From NCBI GenBank assembly GCA_963765205.1, contig CAVXVB010000007.1:288001-352000 (forward strand): DNA of 64,000 bases, given 5' to 3'. Position numbers and translations under genes: made by a program. Within the stretch, counting starts at the first letter, position 1, and every line of letters begins with the position of its first letter. Below are positions 9,319-20,391 of the stretch, one piece after another. The DNA comes from an uncultured Verrucomicrobiae bacterium (GTDB taxonomy: Bacteria > Verrucomicrobiota > Verrucomicrobiia > Opitutales > JABDGR01). A model generated the notes under the pieces. The model did not search any database. It had not been told where the DNA came from and saw only the letters and a list, made by a program, of their open reading frames with translations.

Positions 9319-10462
9319 GCCTGGCAGTTTGCATCCCCACGTGCCGCAAGGCAAGCATCCAGCCGAGGCGCGGCGTGGGGTGAAGCCCGTATTGCAAAGA
9401 TGTCACCCATTTCGGCAAAAACGGATAATCGGTATAGCCGTGCGGGCCAGTCCCGTAGAACGTGGCTGGATCAGGCGGATTAAGCGTCGCGTTCTGTGCG
9501 AAGCGGCGGGGCAAATCCGGATTCGCGATGAAAAGTTTGCCGAAGGCAACGGCGTCCGCCTCGCCCGCGGCGAGCACCTGCTCCGCGGTTGCCTGGGTAA
9601 ATCCCTCATTGGCGATATACACGCCGCCAAAAGCTGCCTTGAGTTGCGGGCCCAGCCGGTTGGGGCCGAGGGACTCGCGCGCGCAGATAAAGGCGAGGCG
9701 GCGGCGCCCAAGTTCCCGTGCCACATAGCTGAACGTGGCCGCCGGGTTCGAATCGCCCATGGACTGGGCGTCGCCGCGCGGGGCCAGGTGCATGCCTACG
9801 CGACCATGGCCCCAAATGGAGATAACCGCGTCAGCGACTTCCAGCATCAGGCGCGCGCGATTTTCAATGGGGCCGCCATATTCGTCCGTCCGTCGGTTGG
9901 TGCTGTCCTGGAGAAACTGGTCGAGCAGGTAGCCGTTCGCGCCGTGGATTTCCACGCCGTCGAATCCGGCGGCTTGCGCGTTGGCCGCGCCTTGCCGGTA
10001 GGCCTCGATGATGCCGGGGATTTCGCTCGTCTCCAAAGCGCGCGGAATCGGGTAGGGCCGTTCGGGCCGCACGAGGCGGACATGGCCGTCGGCGGCAATT
10101 GCGCTGGGTGCCACCGGCTGCGCTCCATTAAGAAAGATGGGATCGGAAATGCGCCCGACGTGCCACAGTTGGAGCAGCATACGCCCCCCGGCGGTGTGGA
10201 CGGCGGCGGTGATGGCCTTCCAGCCCTGCACTTGTTCCGGCGACCAAATGCCCGGCGTGTTGGGGTAACCCACGCCCATGGGCGTCACGGAAGTGGCTTC
10301 GGAAAAAATGAGGCCGGCGGAGGCGCGCTGGCGGTAATACTCCGCCATGAGGACGTTGGGCACGCGCCCCGGGCTGGCCCGGCAGCGGGTCAGCGGGCCC
10401 ATGAGGATGCGGCTGGGCAATTGCAGTTCACCAATGAGGAGCGGATCAAACAAAGTCGGCAT
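9284..10462 (-). CDS. Old Yellow Enzyme-family alkene reductase (NemA-like); true end probably near 9403
   Basis: M.PLTR.RA, YY.QRASAGLI.SEAT, QLWHVGR, GFDGVEIHGANGYL.DQF, GYTDYP. Confidence 0.93.
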   Translation of the reverse strand: MPTLFDPLLIGELQLPSRILMGPLTRCRASPGRVPNVLMAEYYRQRASAGLIFSEATSVTPMGVGYPNTPGIWSPEQVQGWKAITAAVHTAGGRMLLQLWHVGRISDPIFLNGAQPVAPSAIAADGHVRLVRPERPYPIPRALETSEIPGIIEAYRQGAANAQAAGFDGVEIHGANGYLLDQFLQDSTNRRTDEYGGPIENRARLMLEVADAVISIWGHGRVGMHLAPRGDAQSMGDSNPAATFSYVARELGRRRLAFICARESLGPNRLGPQLKAAFGGVYIANEGFTQATAEQVLAAGEADAVAFGKLFIANPDLPRRFAQNATLNPPDPATFYGTGPHGYTDYPFLPKWVTSLQYGLHPTPRLGWMLALRHVGMQTARHEPVFAAPCGG

Positions 10463-10596
10463 GACAGCCCAGCCTATTGAATAGATGAACTTTTGCCAAG
10501 GCTGGTTGAGGGGTGCAGGGTGGCTCAGTCGCCTCTCTTTTTCAGTTGCACCGACCGCGGCGTGCTGCCAAGCTGGCGGGCTAACCTTTATCAATC

Positions 10597-10767
10597 ATGG
10601 CCCGGGAACTCATTTGTTTGGAATGTTCGGAAGCTCGCAAGGAAGGCAAACCGCCCTCCCGCTATTTCGCCACGCGCAATAAACGCGTGAAGCCGGAGAA
10701 GGTCGAGAAGATGAAATTCAACAAGTTTCTCCGCCGGCACACGCTGCACAAGGAAGTGAAGCTTTAG
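10597..10767 (+). CDS. rpmG: 50S ribosomal protein L33 (absent from the ORF track, 56 aa)
   Basis: Manual translation MARELICLECSEARKEGKPPSRYFATRNKRVKPEKVEKMKFNKFLRRHTLHKEVKL. Confidence 0.95.
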   Translation: MARELICLECSEARKEGKPPSRYFATRNKRVKPEKVEKMKFNKFLRRHTLHKEVKL

Positions 10768-10928
10768 CAGCAGGGAGGTTGGAGCGCGGAGCAGGGAGAA
10801 AAGAAAAGGGCAAGAATTCCTGGTTGCTGAATTCTGATTGCTGTTGGTGATTTGCTGCCGATTCCCAAGCTAGATTCAGCTTTCAGGAATACCCACCCTT
10901 CCCTCCCCGCTCCAAGCTTCCTGCTTCT
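10766..10928. repeat. Nested inverted-repeat hairpin between convergent genes
   Basis: Outer arms 10766-10797 and 10899-10928; inner arms ~10816-10836 and 10871-10890. Confidence 0.7.
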
Positions 10929-11174
10929 TCAGTTGCTCAAATTCAGGCCGGAAGCGGAATTGCTGACGCGGCGTTTCGCGCGCCATTTATCACGGTGGTT
11001 GCGCACCCAGTCAATCAAGGCGTATTCGAAGCCGATGTCATGGCCGGCCTTCTCCGATTCAATCCACTTATGACGGAGAATCTCCTCCCGCTCCGCCAGA
11101 TATTCCTGGTAGAAGCTGGAGCGGTTGACAAAGTCGTGATTGCCGGGGGTCGTCTTGGTGTCTGGGGTCTTCAT
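10929..11174 (-). CDS. Small DUF4032-like protein
   Basis: Y.E.LAEREEILRHKWIESEKAGHDIGFE.AL.DW motif. Confidence 0.75.
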   Translation of the reverse strand: MKTPDTKTTPGNHDFVNRSSFYQEYLAEREEILRHKWIESEKAGHDIGFEYALIDWVRNHRDKWRAKRRVSNSASGLNLSN

Positions 11175-11350
11175 CTTCTCGTCGAGCAAACGGGAATGGG
11201 GGAAGGCAGCAAGCCGGCCAAAAGCCAAAGAGGATGTTTGGGCCATTGTCACAACAATTTAACAAAACAAAGAGATATCAGCAATGTCAAATGTGTGAAA
11301 AATCAGGCGGTTTAAGCTGCGCTTATACACAAAGTGGGGATTTTGCCTTA

Positions 11351-12439
11351 TTAGGTTTTTACCAGACCCTTGTCCAGCTTTTCCAACAGGCGCGCAGCCA
11401 TGCTCAAAAAGGCCTGCCCGGCCAGCGTGGCCGGATGGCTGACCACCACCGGAATGCCGCGGTCGCCCCCGACCCGCACCCGGGTGTCCAGCGGCACCTG
11501 GCCCAGGAACTCCGTGTGCAACTCTTGGGCGGCGCGCGGCCCCCCCCCTTCGCCGAAGATATACTGGCGCGTGCCGTCGGGGTTTTCCAGAAAGCTCATG
11601 TTTTCCGCCACGCCCAGCAGGGGCACATTAACCTTGTCAAACAGCATCGCCCCACGCCGGGCGACGGACACCGCCGCGAGCTGCGGGGTCGTCACGATCA
11701 CCGTGCCGGAAAGGGGGACGGTCTGCGCGAGGGTGATTTGGGCATCGCCTGTGCCCGGCGGCAAGTCCACAACCAGCATTTCCAATTTACCCCAAGCGAC
11801 CTGGGTGGCAAATTGCTGGATGGTCTTCATCACCATCGGCCCGCGCCAGGCGACCGGTGCATCGTCGTCTATCAGCAGGCCGAGCGACATCATGCGCACG
11901 CCGAAATTTTCGACCGGCTGCAGCAATTCGCCCTCGATTTCCGGCCGCACATTCACGCCGAGCATCAGCGGCACCGAGGGGCCGTAAATGTCACAGTCCA
12001 TCAGGCCGACGCCCCGAGGGCCGTCGGCTTTGGCCAGCAGTTGCGCAAAGGCGCAGGCCAGATTGACCGCAAAGGTACTTTTGCCCACGCCACCCTTGCC
12101 GCTGGCCACGGCGACTCGATAGCGGACTTTCTGCAACTGCGAGGGCAGCGCCGCCGTCGCCCCGCTGCCGGCCGGTGGGGAGGTCTTGGCCGGGATTTTC
12201 ACCGCGACTTCGACCTCCGCGCGCTGCACGCCGGGCACAGTGCGCAACGCGGCCACGGCGGCGTCATGGAGCTTTTTCGGAATATCGTGGTCGGCGGTGG
12301 TGATTTCGAGCCGCGCCTGGGCGAAGCCGTCCCGCACCGTGGCCGTGCGCACGAGGCCGAACGAGACGATGTCGCGGCTGAAACCCGGGTATTTCACGGT
12401 CTTTAGGGCGTTGAGCAAAGCTTCCGGCGAAGGATCCAT
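11351..12439 (-). CDS. apbC: Mrp/NBP35 (ApbC) Fe-S cluster carrier ATPase
   Basis: V.YPGFSRDIVSFG, ASGKGGVGKST, DCDIYGPS, WRGPM, DLPPGTGD, VTTPQ, ENMS. Confidence 0.93.
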   Translation of the reverse strand: MDPSPEALLNALKTVKYPGFSRDIVSFGLVRTATVRDGFAQARLEITTADHDIPKKLHDAAVAALRTVPGVQRAEVEVAVKIPAKTSPPAGSGATAALPSQLQKVRYRVAVASGKGGVGKSTFAVNLACAFAQLLAKADGPRGVGLMDCDIYGPSVPLMLGVNVRPEIEGELLQPVENFGVRMMSLGLLIDDDAPVAWRGPMVMKTIQQFATQVAWGKLEMLVVDLPPGTGDAQITLAQTVPLSGTVIVTTPQLAAVSVARRGAMLFDKVNVPLLGVAENMSFLENPDGTRQYIFGEGGGPRAAQELHTEFLGQVPLDTRVRVGGDRGIPVVVSHPATLAGQAFLSMAARLLEKLDKGLVKT

Positions 12440-12562
12440 CGGGAGAGTTTCGAGTTTTGGCGAGCCGGTTTCGAGTTCAAAATTTGCGAACCTCCTTTTG
12501 GGCGTCCGCCTTCAAGCTCGCGTTTCCTGGCGGACGGCCCTTAAAAATGGGAAATCCTGCGG

Positions 12563-14520
12563 ATGAACGACCCCACCCCAGCGGCCCGCCCGCCCGCACC
12601 CGCGCTGGCACGGGCCGGGATGGGCGCTCGTTGGCTGCGATTCGCGCTGACCGTCGTGGAGCCGCTCTCGGTCACCGCGTTGTTCATCTTTTTGCTGGAG
12701 AAAAGCTGGCTGCGCTGGCCGGACCCGCTGATTGATTTCCCCAAAAACCTGTATATCGCGTGGCGCCTGAGCGCGGGGGATCTGCTCTATGAAAAAGTCA
12801 CGAACTGGTATGGGCCGCTGTCGAATCTGGTCGAGGGCGCGGGCTTCAAAATTTTTGGCGTGGGGCTCGACACAATGGTGTGGATGAATGTCATGCTAAC
12901 CGTCGGTGTGCTGTTGTTGCTGCGGGGAATATTTGGCGCGCTGGGCAATCGATTGTCCGTGTGGCTGGGCTCGGTGGTGTTTGTGGTGGTATTTGCCCTG
13001 AGTGATTTTACGCCCGCGGGCAACTACAACTTTATCACGCCCTATATCTCGCAGGCGACGTATACTTTGGCGGGGTTGCTGCTGCTCTTGTGGGCCTTGT
13101 TGCGCCATTTGGCCTCGGCGCGGCGGCGCTGGCTCGTGGTGGCTGGGCTGGGGCTGGCGGTCGCGTATTTGGACAAGCCGGAGGGTTTGCTGGCGGCGGC
13201 GGGGGCGCTGGGGATTTATCTGGCGGCGCAGGGGATTTATTGCGCGCGTTCCACGCCGGGCGCGGCCGACTGGCACAACGCGGGCCGCTGGCTGGCGCGG
13301 GCGGCCAGCTGGCTGGCAGCGGGATTTTTCGCCCTCTGGCTGCCGGTGTTCCTCTTCTTTTGGGTCAAAGGCGGCCTGGCTTATGCGCTTTTGGCCACGA
13401 ATTATGCGCCCTACACGATGGTGAGCGGCACTTTTCGCCACGCCATCATGAATGCATCCGTCATGCGGGAAATTTCCGGGTTCGACCATCCGTGGGATAA
13501 TTTTATCAAGCAATCATTGACCGGCGGCCTGCTTGTGGCGCTGTGTGCGGTGATGATTGTCGCGGCGCGGTGCGCGACGGGCGCGAAATTCGGCCATACA
13601 AGATGGTGGGCGTGGGCGATCATGGCCGGCGCCGCCGGCGTGGTCGGCGTCAGGCTGGGCGAGCAGGCGAATTACTGGATGGGCTTCGGCCGCGCCTTGG
13701 TTTTCCCGGTGTTGCTGGTGGCGCTTGGGGCGGTGGCGGTGGCCATCCGGGCGGCGTGGCAGCGTCGGGCCAATTTTGCCCATGGCCTCGGCGTGGCCGT
13801 CGTGGGGGTGGCGGCGAACCTGATGTTCGTGCGCATGATCTTGAACGGACGCATCAACCATTACGGATTTTTCATGATGCCGCTGGCCGTGCTGTTCTGG
13901 ATTCATTGCATGGTGGTGGAAGCGCCGCGGCCCCGGCGGGATGCAATCCCCGCCGGGGCAACTGGCTGTTGCCCGTGGTGTTTTCCCTCGCCCTATTGGC
14001 CGGCGTCCGTGATTTGCTCGAGGTGGAACTGGCGGCTTATGCGGACAAAACTTTCGTGGTGGGCGTCGGGCGCGACCATTTTTATGCGTTCCCGCCGGAG
14101 ATGGACCCTTCCGGCCTGAAGCTCAAGACGATGATTGAAATGTTCCAGCGGGACACCCCTGGCGCCCGCACGCTCGCCACCTTTCCCGAGGGCATCGCGG
14201 TGAATTACCACCTCCGCGTGCCCACGCCGCTGGCGGAACTGGAGTTCCTCCCGGTGGCGCTGAGCTACGTCGGGCCGCAGCATGTGGTGGACGAATTGAA
14301 CGCCCATCCGCCCGACGCGGTGTTTCTCTTTATTCGGGACATGTCCGAATTCAACGCCCATTATTTTGGAGACAGCCCCGCCACCGGCCGGGACATTGCG
14401 TCCTGGCTGAGTGAGCACGAGGTCATCATTGATATGGCGGGCCAGCCCGGGGCGCAGACCATCACCGGCCATCCCATTGATTTGATGACGCCGAAGCCAC
14501 CGGCGGGCACGGGCCGGTAA
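12563..14520 (+). CDS. GT-C-fold glycosyltransferase-like polytopic membrane protein, paralog 1 (frameshift near 13930-13960)
   Basis: W.DPLIDFP..LY.AWRLS.GDLLY...WYGPL first-loop motif, >10 TM helices; C-terminal soluble domain is in ORF 13543-14520. Confidence 0.75.
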
Positions 14521-14542
14521 ATATAAAGCGCCCACAACGTGG

Positions 14543-14660
14543 GCTCTACTTTTAACGCTCAACGCTTAAGTTTTGAGCCACGACGATTTTCGACGCATCC
14601 ATCGTCCGGGAGGTTTTTTATTTGAGCGTTAAAACGTTAAGCGTTGAAAGTTGAGCGTTT
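14543..14660. repeat. Heptamer-repeat (AACGCTC/TTGAGCG) inverted hairpin
   Basis: Arms ~14543-14570 and 14622-14660; same family as 54065-54180. Confidence 0.75.
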
Positions 14661-14755
14661 TAGAATGCATCTTAGGGCATGGTCTGTGGGTGGCTTTCGC
14701 CCGCCTTCAAGCTCGCGTCCGGTGGCTGATTGCGGCTAATAAATGCCGCCCTTCC

Positions 14756-16745
14756 ATGAACCCCCGCGAATCATCGGCCGAGCATCCCGCCGGCGCGCGG
14801 CTGCCGGAGTCCTGGCCCGCGCCACGCACTTTTTCGCGCGGGCTGCGCGTCGCCCTGCGGGTGGCCGACCCCCTGTCCGTCGCGGCCCTATTCATTTTCA
14901 TGCTGACAAAAAGCTGGCTGCGCTGGATGGATCCGCTGATTGATTTCCCCCGTTCCCTTTATGTGGCTTGGCGCTTGAGTGAAGGCGACTTGCTCTACAA
15001 TCAGGTGGCAAGTTGGTATGGGCCGTTGCCCCATTTAATCGAGGCGGCGGCTTTTCGGGCGTGCGGCATCGGGCTGGACACGATCGTGTGGCTCAACATC
15101 GCGGTCACCTCCGTCGTGCTCCTGTTGGTGCGGGCGATTTTCGGCGCGTTAGGCAACCGGCTGTCCGGCTGGATCTGCACGATGGTTTTCCTCTGCGTTT
15201 TTGGGTTCGGCCATTACCGGTTGGTCGCCAACTACAATTTCATCACCCCTTATGCGTCGCAGGCCACTTATGGTTTTGCCGGGCTGTTGCTGGTGTTATG
15301 GTCGCTGCTGCGGCATCTTAAGTCGCAACGCCCCCTCTGGCTCGGCCTCGCCGGGCTGGGCTTCGGCATCAGCTTATCTGGACAAACCCGAGCCACTCTT
15401 GGCCGCCGCCGGTTCCCTGGGAATTTATTTGGTGGTGGGCTTTATCCGCCAGGCCCGGCCGCAACCTCCGACTCCGGATTGGCGTGGCGCGGGCCGCTGG
15501 ATGGCGCGAGCAGCCGGCTGGCTGTTGGGCGGGTTTTTGTGCGTCTGGCTGTCCGTGCTGCTTTTTTTTCTCAGCCGGGGCGGCCTGGCCTATGCGCTGC
15601 ATGCGGCGGATTATGTGCCCTGCACGATGGTGGACAGTTCCTTCCGTCACACGGTCGAGAATTCGCCATTCATGCGGACGATTTTTGGTTTTGATCAGCC
15701 CTGGACCAATTTTCTGTCGCAGCTTGGCGCTGGCGCCATACTGGTGGCCTTGTGTGCGACCATGGTGATAGCCGCGCGGGATTGGACCCGGCAGCCGCGC
15801 TTTGGCGAGGCCTGGTGGACTTTGCTGGCGGTCGTGCTGGCGGCGGGCGCGGTCGGCGAGTGGCTGGCCTGGCGCGCCGGCTTGGTGCTTGGAATTGGGC
15901 GAGCCTTTGTCTTTCCAACTTGCCTCACCGCCGGCGTCTATAGCCTGCGCAGCGGGTGGCTGGCGTGGCGAGGCCGCGCCGATGCGGAGCACGCGTTGGG
16001 CTTGGCGGTCGTCGGGACAGCGGCGGCGCTGATGCTCGCCCGCATGATTTTGAACGGGCAGATTGCCCAATTTGGTTTTTTCATGATGCCGCTGGCGGTG
16101 TTGTTTTGGATTCACTTGATGATGGTCGAGGCAGTGCGGCCAGCCTCTGGCAGCCAGTGCGTGAACCGGCTGCTGCCCGCAGTATTTTCCTTCATCCTGT
16201 TGTTCGACGCCGGCGCGGTGGCGCGCGGCAACCTCAACGTCTATGCCCTGAAGAATTACCTGGTCGGCCAGGGCCGCGACCATTTCTACACGTTTGACCC
16301 CAATTTTTATCCCGCTGGCGGGGTGCTCAATATCATGCTTAAAGCCTTTAACAATAATACGCCGGACGCGCCAACCCTGGTCGTGTTCCCCGAGGGCGTC
16401 GCTGTCAATTATCTCTTGCGGGTGCCGTGTCCCCTGGCCGAATTGGAATTCCAGCCCGCCGCCCTCAGTTACGCCGGCCCCAAACACGTCCTGGACGAGT
16501 TGCAGGCCCATCCGCCCGCCGTCGTCATGATCTATGACCGCAGCTTGCTGGACTATGGCGCGAAATATTTTGGCGATAGCGAAGCCAGCGGCCGCGACCT
16601 GGTGCAGTGGCTCAATGATCAATACAAAGTCATTGGGATCACCGGCACGTCGCCCGATTCGCTCACCGGCCACTTGGTTGATCTGCTGGTGCCCAAGGCC
16701 ACCCCTGGCCAGGCCGGACAGCCTTTGCTACCCGCCGCGAAGTAA
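14756..16745 (+). CDS. GT-C-like membrane protein, paralog 2 (frameshift near 15370)
   Basis: Same motifs as paralog 1; GISLSG frame switches to AYLDKPE frame. Confidence 0.75.
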
Positions 16746-16827
16746 ATTTTATCCACGTTTTGTTTTTCACCACTCGCCTTCAAGCTTGCGCTGCGCCGCC
16801 CCTTGCGGTTAAGAAACGCCGCCCAAC

Positions 16828-18848
16828 ATGAACTCCCGCGGACCATCGGCTGAACACCCGGCCGGCGCGCGCCCGCCGGAGTCTGCGCCCACCCTGCCGC
16901 GCTGGCTGAGCCTCATGCTGCGCATGGCAGACCCACTCTCCATCGCCGCCCTGTTTATTTTCCTACTGAACCAAAGCTGGTTGCGGTGGATGGATCCGCT
17001 GATTGATTTCCCCCGTTCCCTCTATGTGGCCTGGCGTCTGAGCGAAGGCGATTTGCTTTACGACCAAGTCGTGAGTTGGTATGGCCCGCTGCCCCATTTG
17101 GTCGAGGCGGCGGCCTTCCGGCTGTTCGGGGTCGGGCTGGACACGATGGTGTGGCTCAACATAGCCATCACCGTGGTCGCATTGCTCTTGTTGCGGGCGA
17201 TTTTCGGCGCGCTGGGCAACCGGCTGACGGCGTGGCTGTGCGTGGTGGTTTTTCTGTGTGTCTTCGCATTTGGCAATTACACCTTGATCGCCAATTACAA
17301 TTTCATCACACCCTATGCCTCGCAGGCCACTTATGGGTTTACCGGTTTGCTCTTAGTGATATGGGCGCTCCTGCGACACTTAAAATCCGAGCGTCCCCTT
17401 TGGCTCGGTATCGCCGGGTGGGGATTCGGCATTGCTTATCTGGATAAACCGGAGCCGATGCTCGCCTCGGCCGGCGCGTTGGGAATTTATTTCGCCGTGG
17501 GCGTGATCCGCCGGGCGCGGCAAGCGGCGCCATCCTCCGATTGGTGGGGTGCAGGCCGCTGGGCGATGCGGGTGCTGAGCTGGCTGGCTGGTGGATTTCT
17601 GTGCGCCTGGTTGCCGGTATTGCTTTTTTTTTCAGCCGGGGTGGCCTGGCCTATGCGCTGCACGCGGCGGATTATGTGCCGTTCATGATGTTAAACAGCT
17701 CCTTCCGCCGAGTGGTCGAAAATGCGCCCATCATGCTGGACATTTTCGGCTTCAACCAGCCCTGGGCGAATTTTTGGTCGGAATTGGGCGTGGGGTGTGT
17801 GCTGCTGGCGCTATGTGCGATCATGGTGGCGGCCGCGCGGGATTGGACCCGGCTGCCATTGTTGGGCGCGGGGAAGTGGGCGTTCGTGGTGGTGGTGGCG
17901 GCGGCGGCGGCCCTCGAGTGGCTCGGCTGGCGCGCCGGGGTTTTTGTGGATGCAGGCCGGGCGTTTGTTTTCCCGGTCTGCTTTGGCGCCCTGGTTTATG
18001 CCCTGGGGAGCGCATGGCGGGCATGGCGCGGCGGCGCGGATGCCACCCGTCTGCTCGGCCTTGCGGTCGTCGGAACGGCGGCGGCACTCATGCAGGCGCG
18101 CATGATCTTAAACGGCCAGTTCGGCCAGTTTGGTTTTTTCATGATGCCGCTGGCTATTCTCTTTTGGATCCAAGTCATGCTGGTCGAGGCGGCGCGGCCT
18201 GCTCCCGGCAGCCGGCGCGCGAACTGGCTGCTGCCCGCGGTGCTTACACTCCTCCTGTTGTTTGATGCCGGAGTCCTGGCCCGCTTCAACTTGCGCCGCT
18301 ACGCTTTGAAAACTTTGCTTGTTGGCGAGGGCCGCGACCAGTTTTACACCTTTGATCCCATGCGTCCGATTCTTAAAAATATGCAATTGCTGGATTCCCG
18401 CGGTTATTCCTTCGGCGGGGACTACAAACACATGATCGAGGCGTTCCAGTTGAAAACGCCGAACGCGAAAACACTCGTCGTGTTTCCCGATGGCGTCGCC
18501 ATCAATTATGCCCTGCGGGTGCGCTGCCCGCTCGCCGAGCAGGAATTCCAGCCCGTCGCCCTCGGCTTTGCCGGGCCCCAGCACGTTCTCGACGAACTGC
18601 AGGCCCACCCGCCCAACGTCGTCATGGTTTACGACCGCAATTTGGACGACTACGGCATCAAAGCTTTTGGCCAGGATGAAAACAGCGGCCGCAACATTTT
18701 GCTCTGGCTCAACGCGCAATACGAAGTCATCGGCCACGCCGCCGCCGACCCGCATTCGTTCACCGGCCATGTGATTGACATGCTGGTCCCCAATGGCACC
18801 CCCGGCCAGACGGCCATGGGCATTCCCTTGTTGCCGAATACGAAGTGA
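16828..18848 (+). CDS. GT-C-like membrane protein, paralog 3 (frameshift at T9 tract 17624-17632)
   Basis: Same motifs; alignment to paralog 2 requires 10 T in this tract. Confidence 0.75.
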
Positions 18849-18892
18849 AGGTCGACCCGTGGCGTCTCTTAATCCTAAAAACCGCCATTGAA

Positions 18893-19025
18893 ACCACGGA
18901 TTTCACGGATAGCACAGATTCCCAGGAGGATGGGGAGTTTTGACCGTTCACCCACCGGATGAACGGACTTTTACGGTGATCATTGCGTAAGTTCTTGCAT
19001 CCGTGCTATCCGTGTAATCCGTGGT
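18893..19025. repeat. Nonamer-repeat (CACGGATAG) inverted hairpin
   Basis: ACCACGGATTTCACGGATAGCACAGAT (18893-18919) versus 18999-19025, 25/27 complementary. Confidence 0.85.
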
Positions 19026-19048
19026 CAATTTGGATTGCGGAAAATAAG

Positions 19049-20200
19049 TTAATGCACCGCCTTCGCCACGCTTTCGGAAATCTGCCGCGCCTTGGCGGTG
19101 GTGCGGTTTTGTTCGGTTTGCAGGCGCAGTTGCCCGCAGGCGGCGGCGATGTCGTGGCCTTTTTCCCGCCGCAGCGTCGCCGGCACGCCCGCGTGGCGCA
19201 GTATGTCCGCGAAAGCATCTTGCTTTTCCACGCTTGGACGTTTCCACGGCAGGCCTTCGACGGTGTTATAAGGGATGAGGTTGACGTGCGCGTGGAGGTC
19301 GCGGCCGATTTGCGCCAGGGCGTGCGCCTGCGCGGGCGAGTCGTTTACGTCCGCGATGAGGATGAATTCGAGTGTGACCATGCGCCCGTGCTTTTCCGCG
19401 AAGCCGCGCACCGCCGGCAGCAACTCCGCCAGCGGGTATTTGCGGTTGATCGGCATGATTTGCGAGCGAACCTCGTCCGTCGCCCCATGCAGGCTGACGG
19501 CGAGGCGGAAACCCAGCGGTTCGCCCGCCAGGCGCGTGATTTCCGGCGCGAGGCCCGAGGTCGAGATTGTCACCCGCCGCGCCCCAAAGCGCAGCCCCCA
19601 CTCCGCGTTCAGGATGCCCAGCGCGCGCAGCAGGTTGTCGTAATTGGCCAGCGGCTCGCCCATGCCCATGACGACGATGTTGTCGAACGACGCCAGTTCC
19701 GCGTGCGCCCGCGGCGTGCGGGCGTCCTCCTGCTGGCAGACGGCCAACAGTTGGGCGACGATTTCACCCGCCGACAAATCGCGCTTCCAGCCGGCGAGGC
19801 CCGAGGCGCAAAACCGGCAGCCATAGGCGCAGCCCACCTGGGTCGAGATGCAAATGGTTTTGCGCGAGCGGTCTGCCCCCACCCCTTCCATCGGCGCGCG
19901 GATGACGACGGTTTCGATGAGTGCGCCGTCCCGCAATTCGAGCAGCAGCTTGTCCGTCACGTCGGAGGAAGTTTTGGTGAGGACGAGTTTGGCCGGCTCG
20001 CACTCGAAGGTTTCCGCCAGCCAGGCGCGCAGGGGCGCGGCGAGGTTGGTCATCCGGGCTGGCTCGCGCACGCGCTTTTTGTAAACCCATTCGAGGATTT
20101 GCTTCGCGCGGAAGGCCGGCTCGCCGCGCGCAGCCAGCCGCTCGGTCAGCGACGCGAGCGTCTCGCCGAAGAGGATGGGTTTGGGCGCAAGGGGCGTCAT
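19049..20200 (-). CDS. rlmN: Dual-specificity RNA methyltransferase RlmN
   Basis: TICISTQVGCAYGCRFCASG radical-SAM motif, MGMGEPL.N, ISTSG, SLH, VNLIPYN, DIAAACGQL. Confidence 0.96.
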   Translation of the reverse strand: MTPLAPKPILFGETLASLTERLAARGEPAFRAKQILEWVYKKRVREPARMTNLAAPLRAWLAETFECEPAKLVLTKTSSDVTDKLLLELRDGALIETVVIRAPMEGVGADRSRKTICISTQVGCAYGCRFCASGLAGWKRDLSAGEIVAQLLAVCQQEDARTPRAHAELASFDNIVVMGMGEPLANYDNLLRALGILNAEWGLRFGARRVTISTSGLAPEITRLAGEPLGFRLAVSLHGATDEVRSQIMPINRKYPLAELLPAVRGFAEKHGRMVTLEFILIADVNDSPAQAHALAQIGRDLHAHVNLIPYNTVEGLPWKRPSVEKQDAFADILRHAGVPATLRREKGHDIAAACGQLRLQTEQNRTTAKARQISESVAKAVH

Positions 20201-20391
20201 GTCAGTCAACCCCCGGAGATAATAAGTGACGGCGGGAAAGGCGATGCAATTTGGCCGCAAACCCCCTGCGCCAATCCCGCTCAAACGGTTGGACAATAGG
20301 TAATGGGGTTTCGACGGGTCAATTTATTGGGTAAAATACCCCAGTAAATATCTTGCCTTGCGCTGCGGAGACGGACAAAACGGGAGCCTTC

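Noticed and set aside
9284..9420. C-terminal extension of the OYE reductase overlapping sixA
   Set aside because: The family normally ends just after YTDYP; a one-base change gives a stop at 9403, consistent with the indel pattern in this window.
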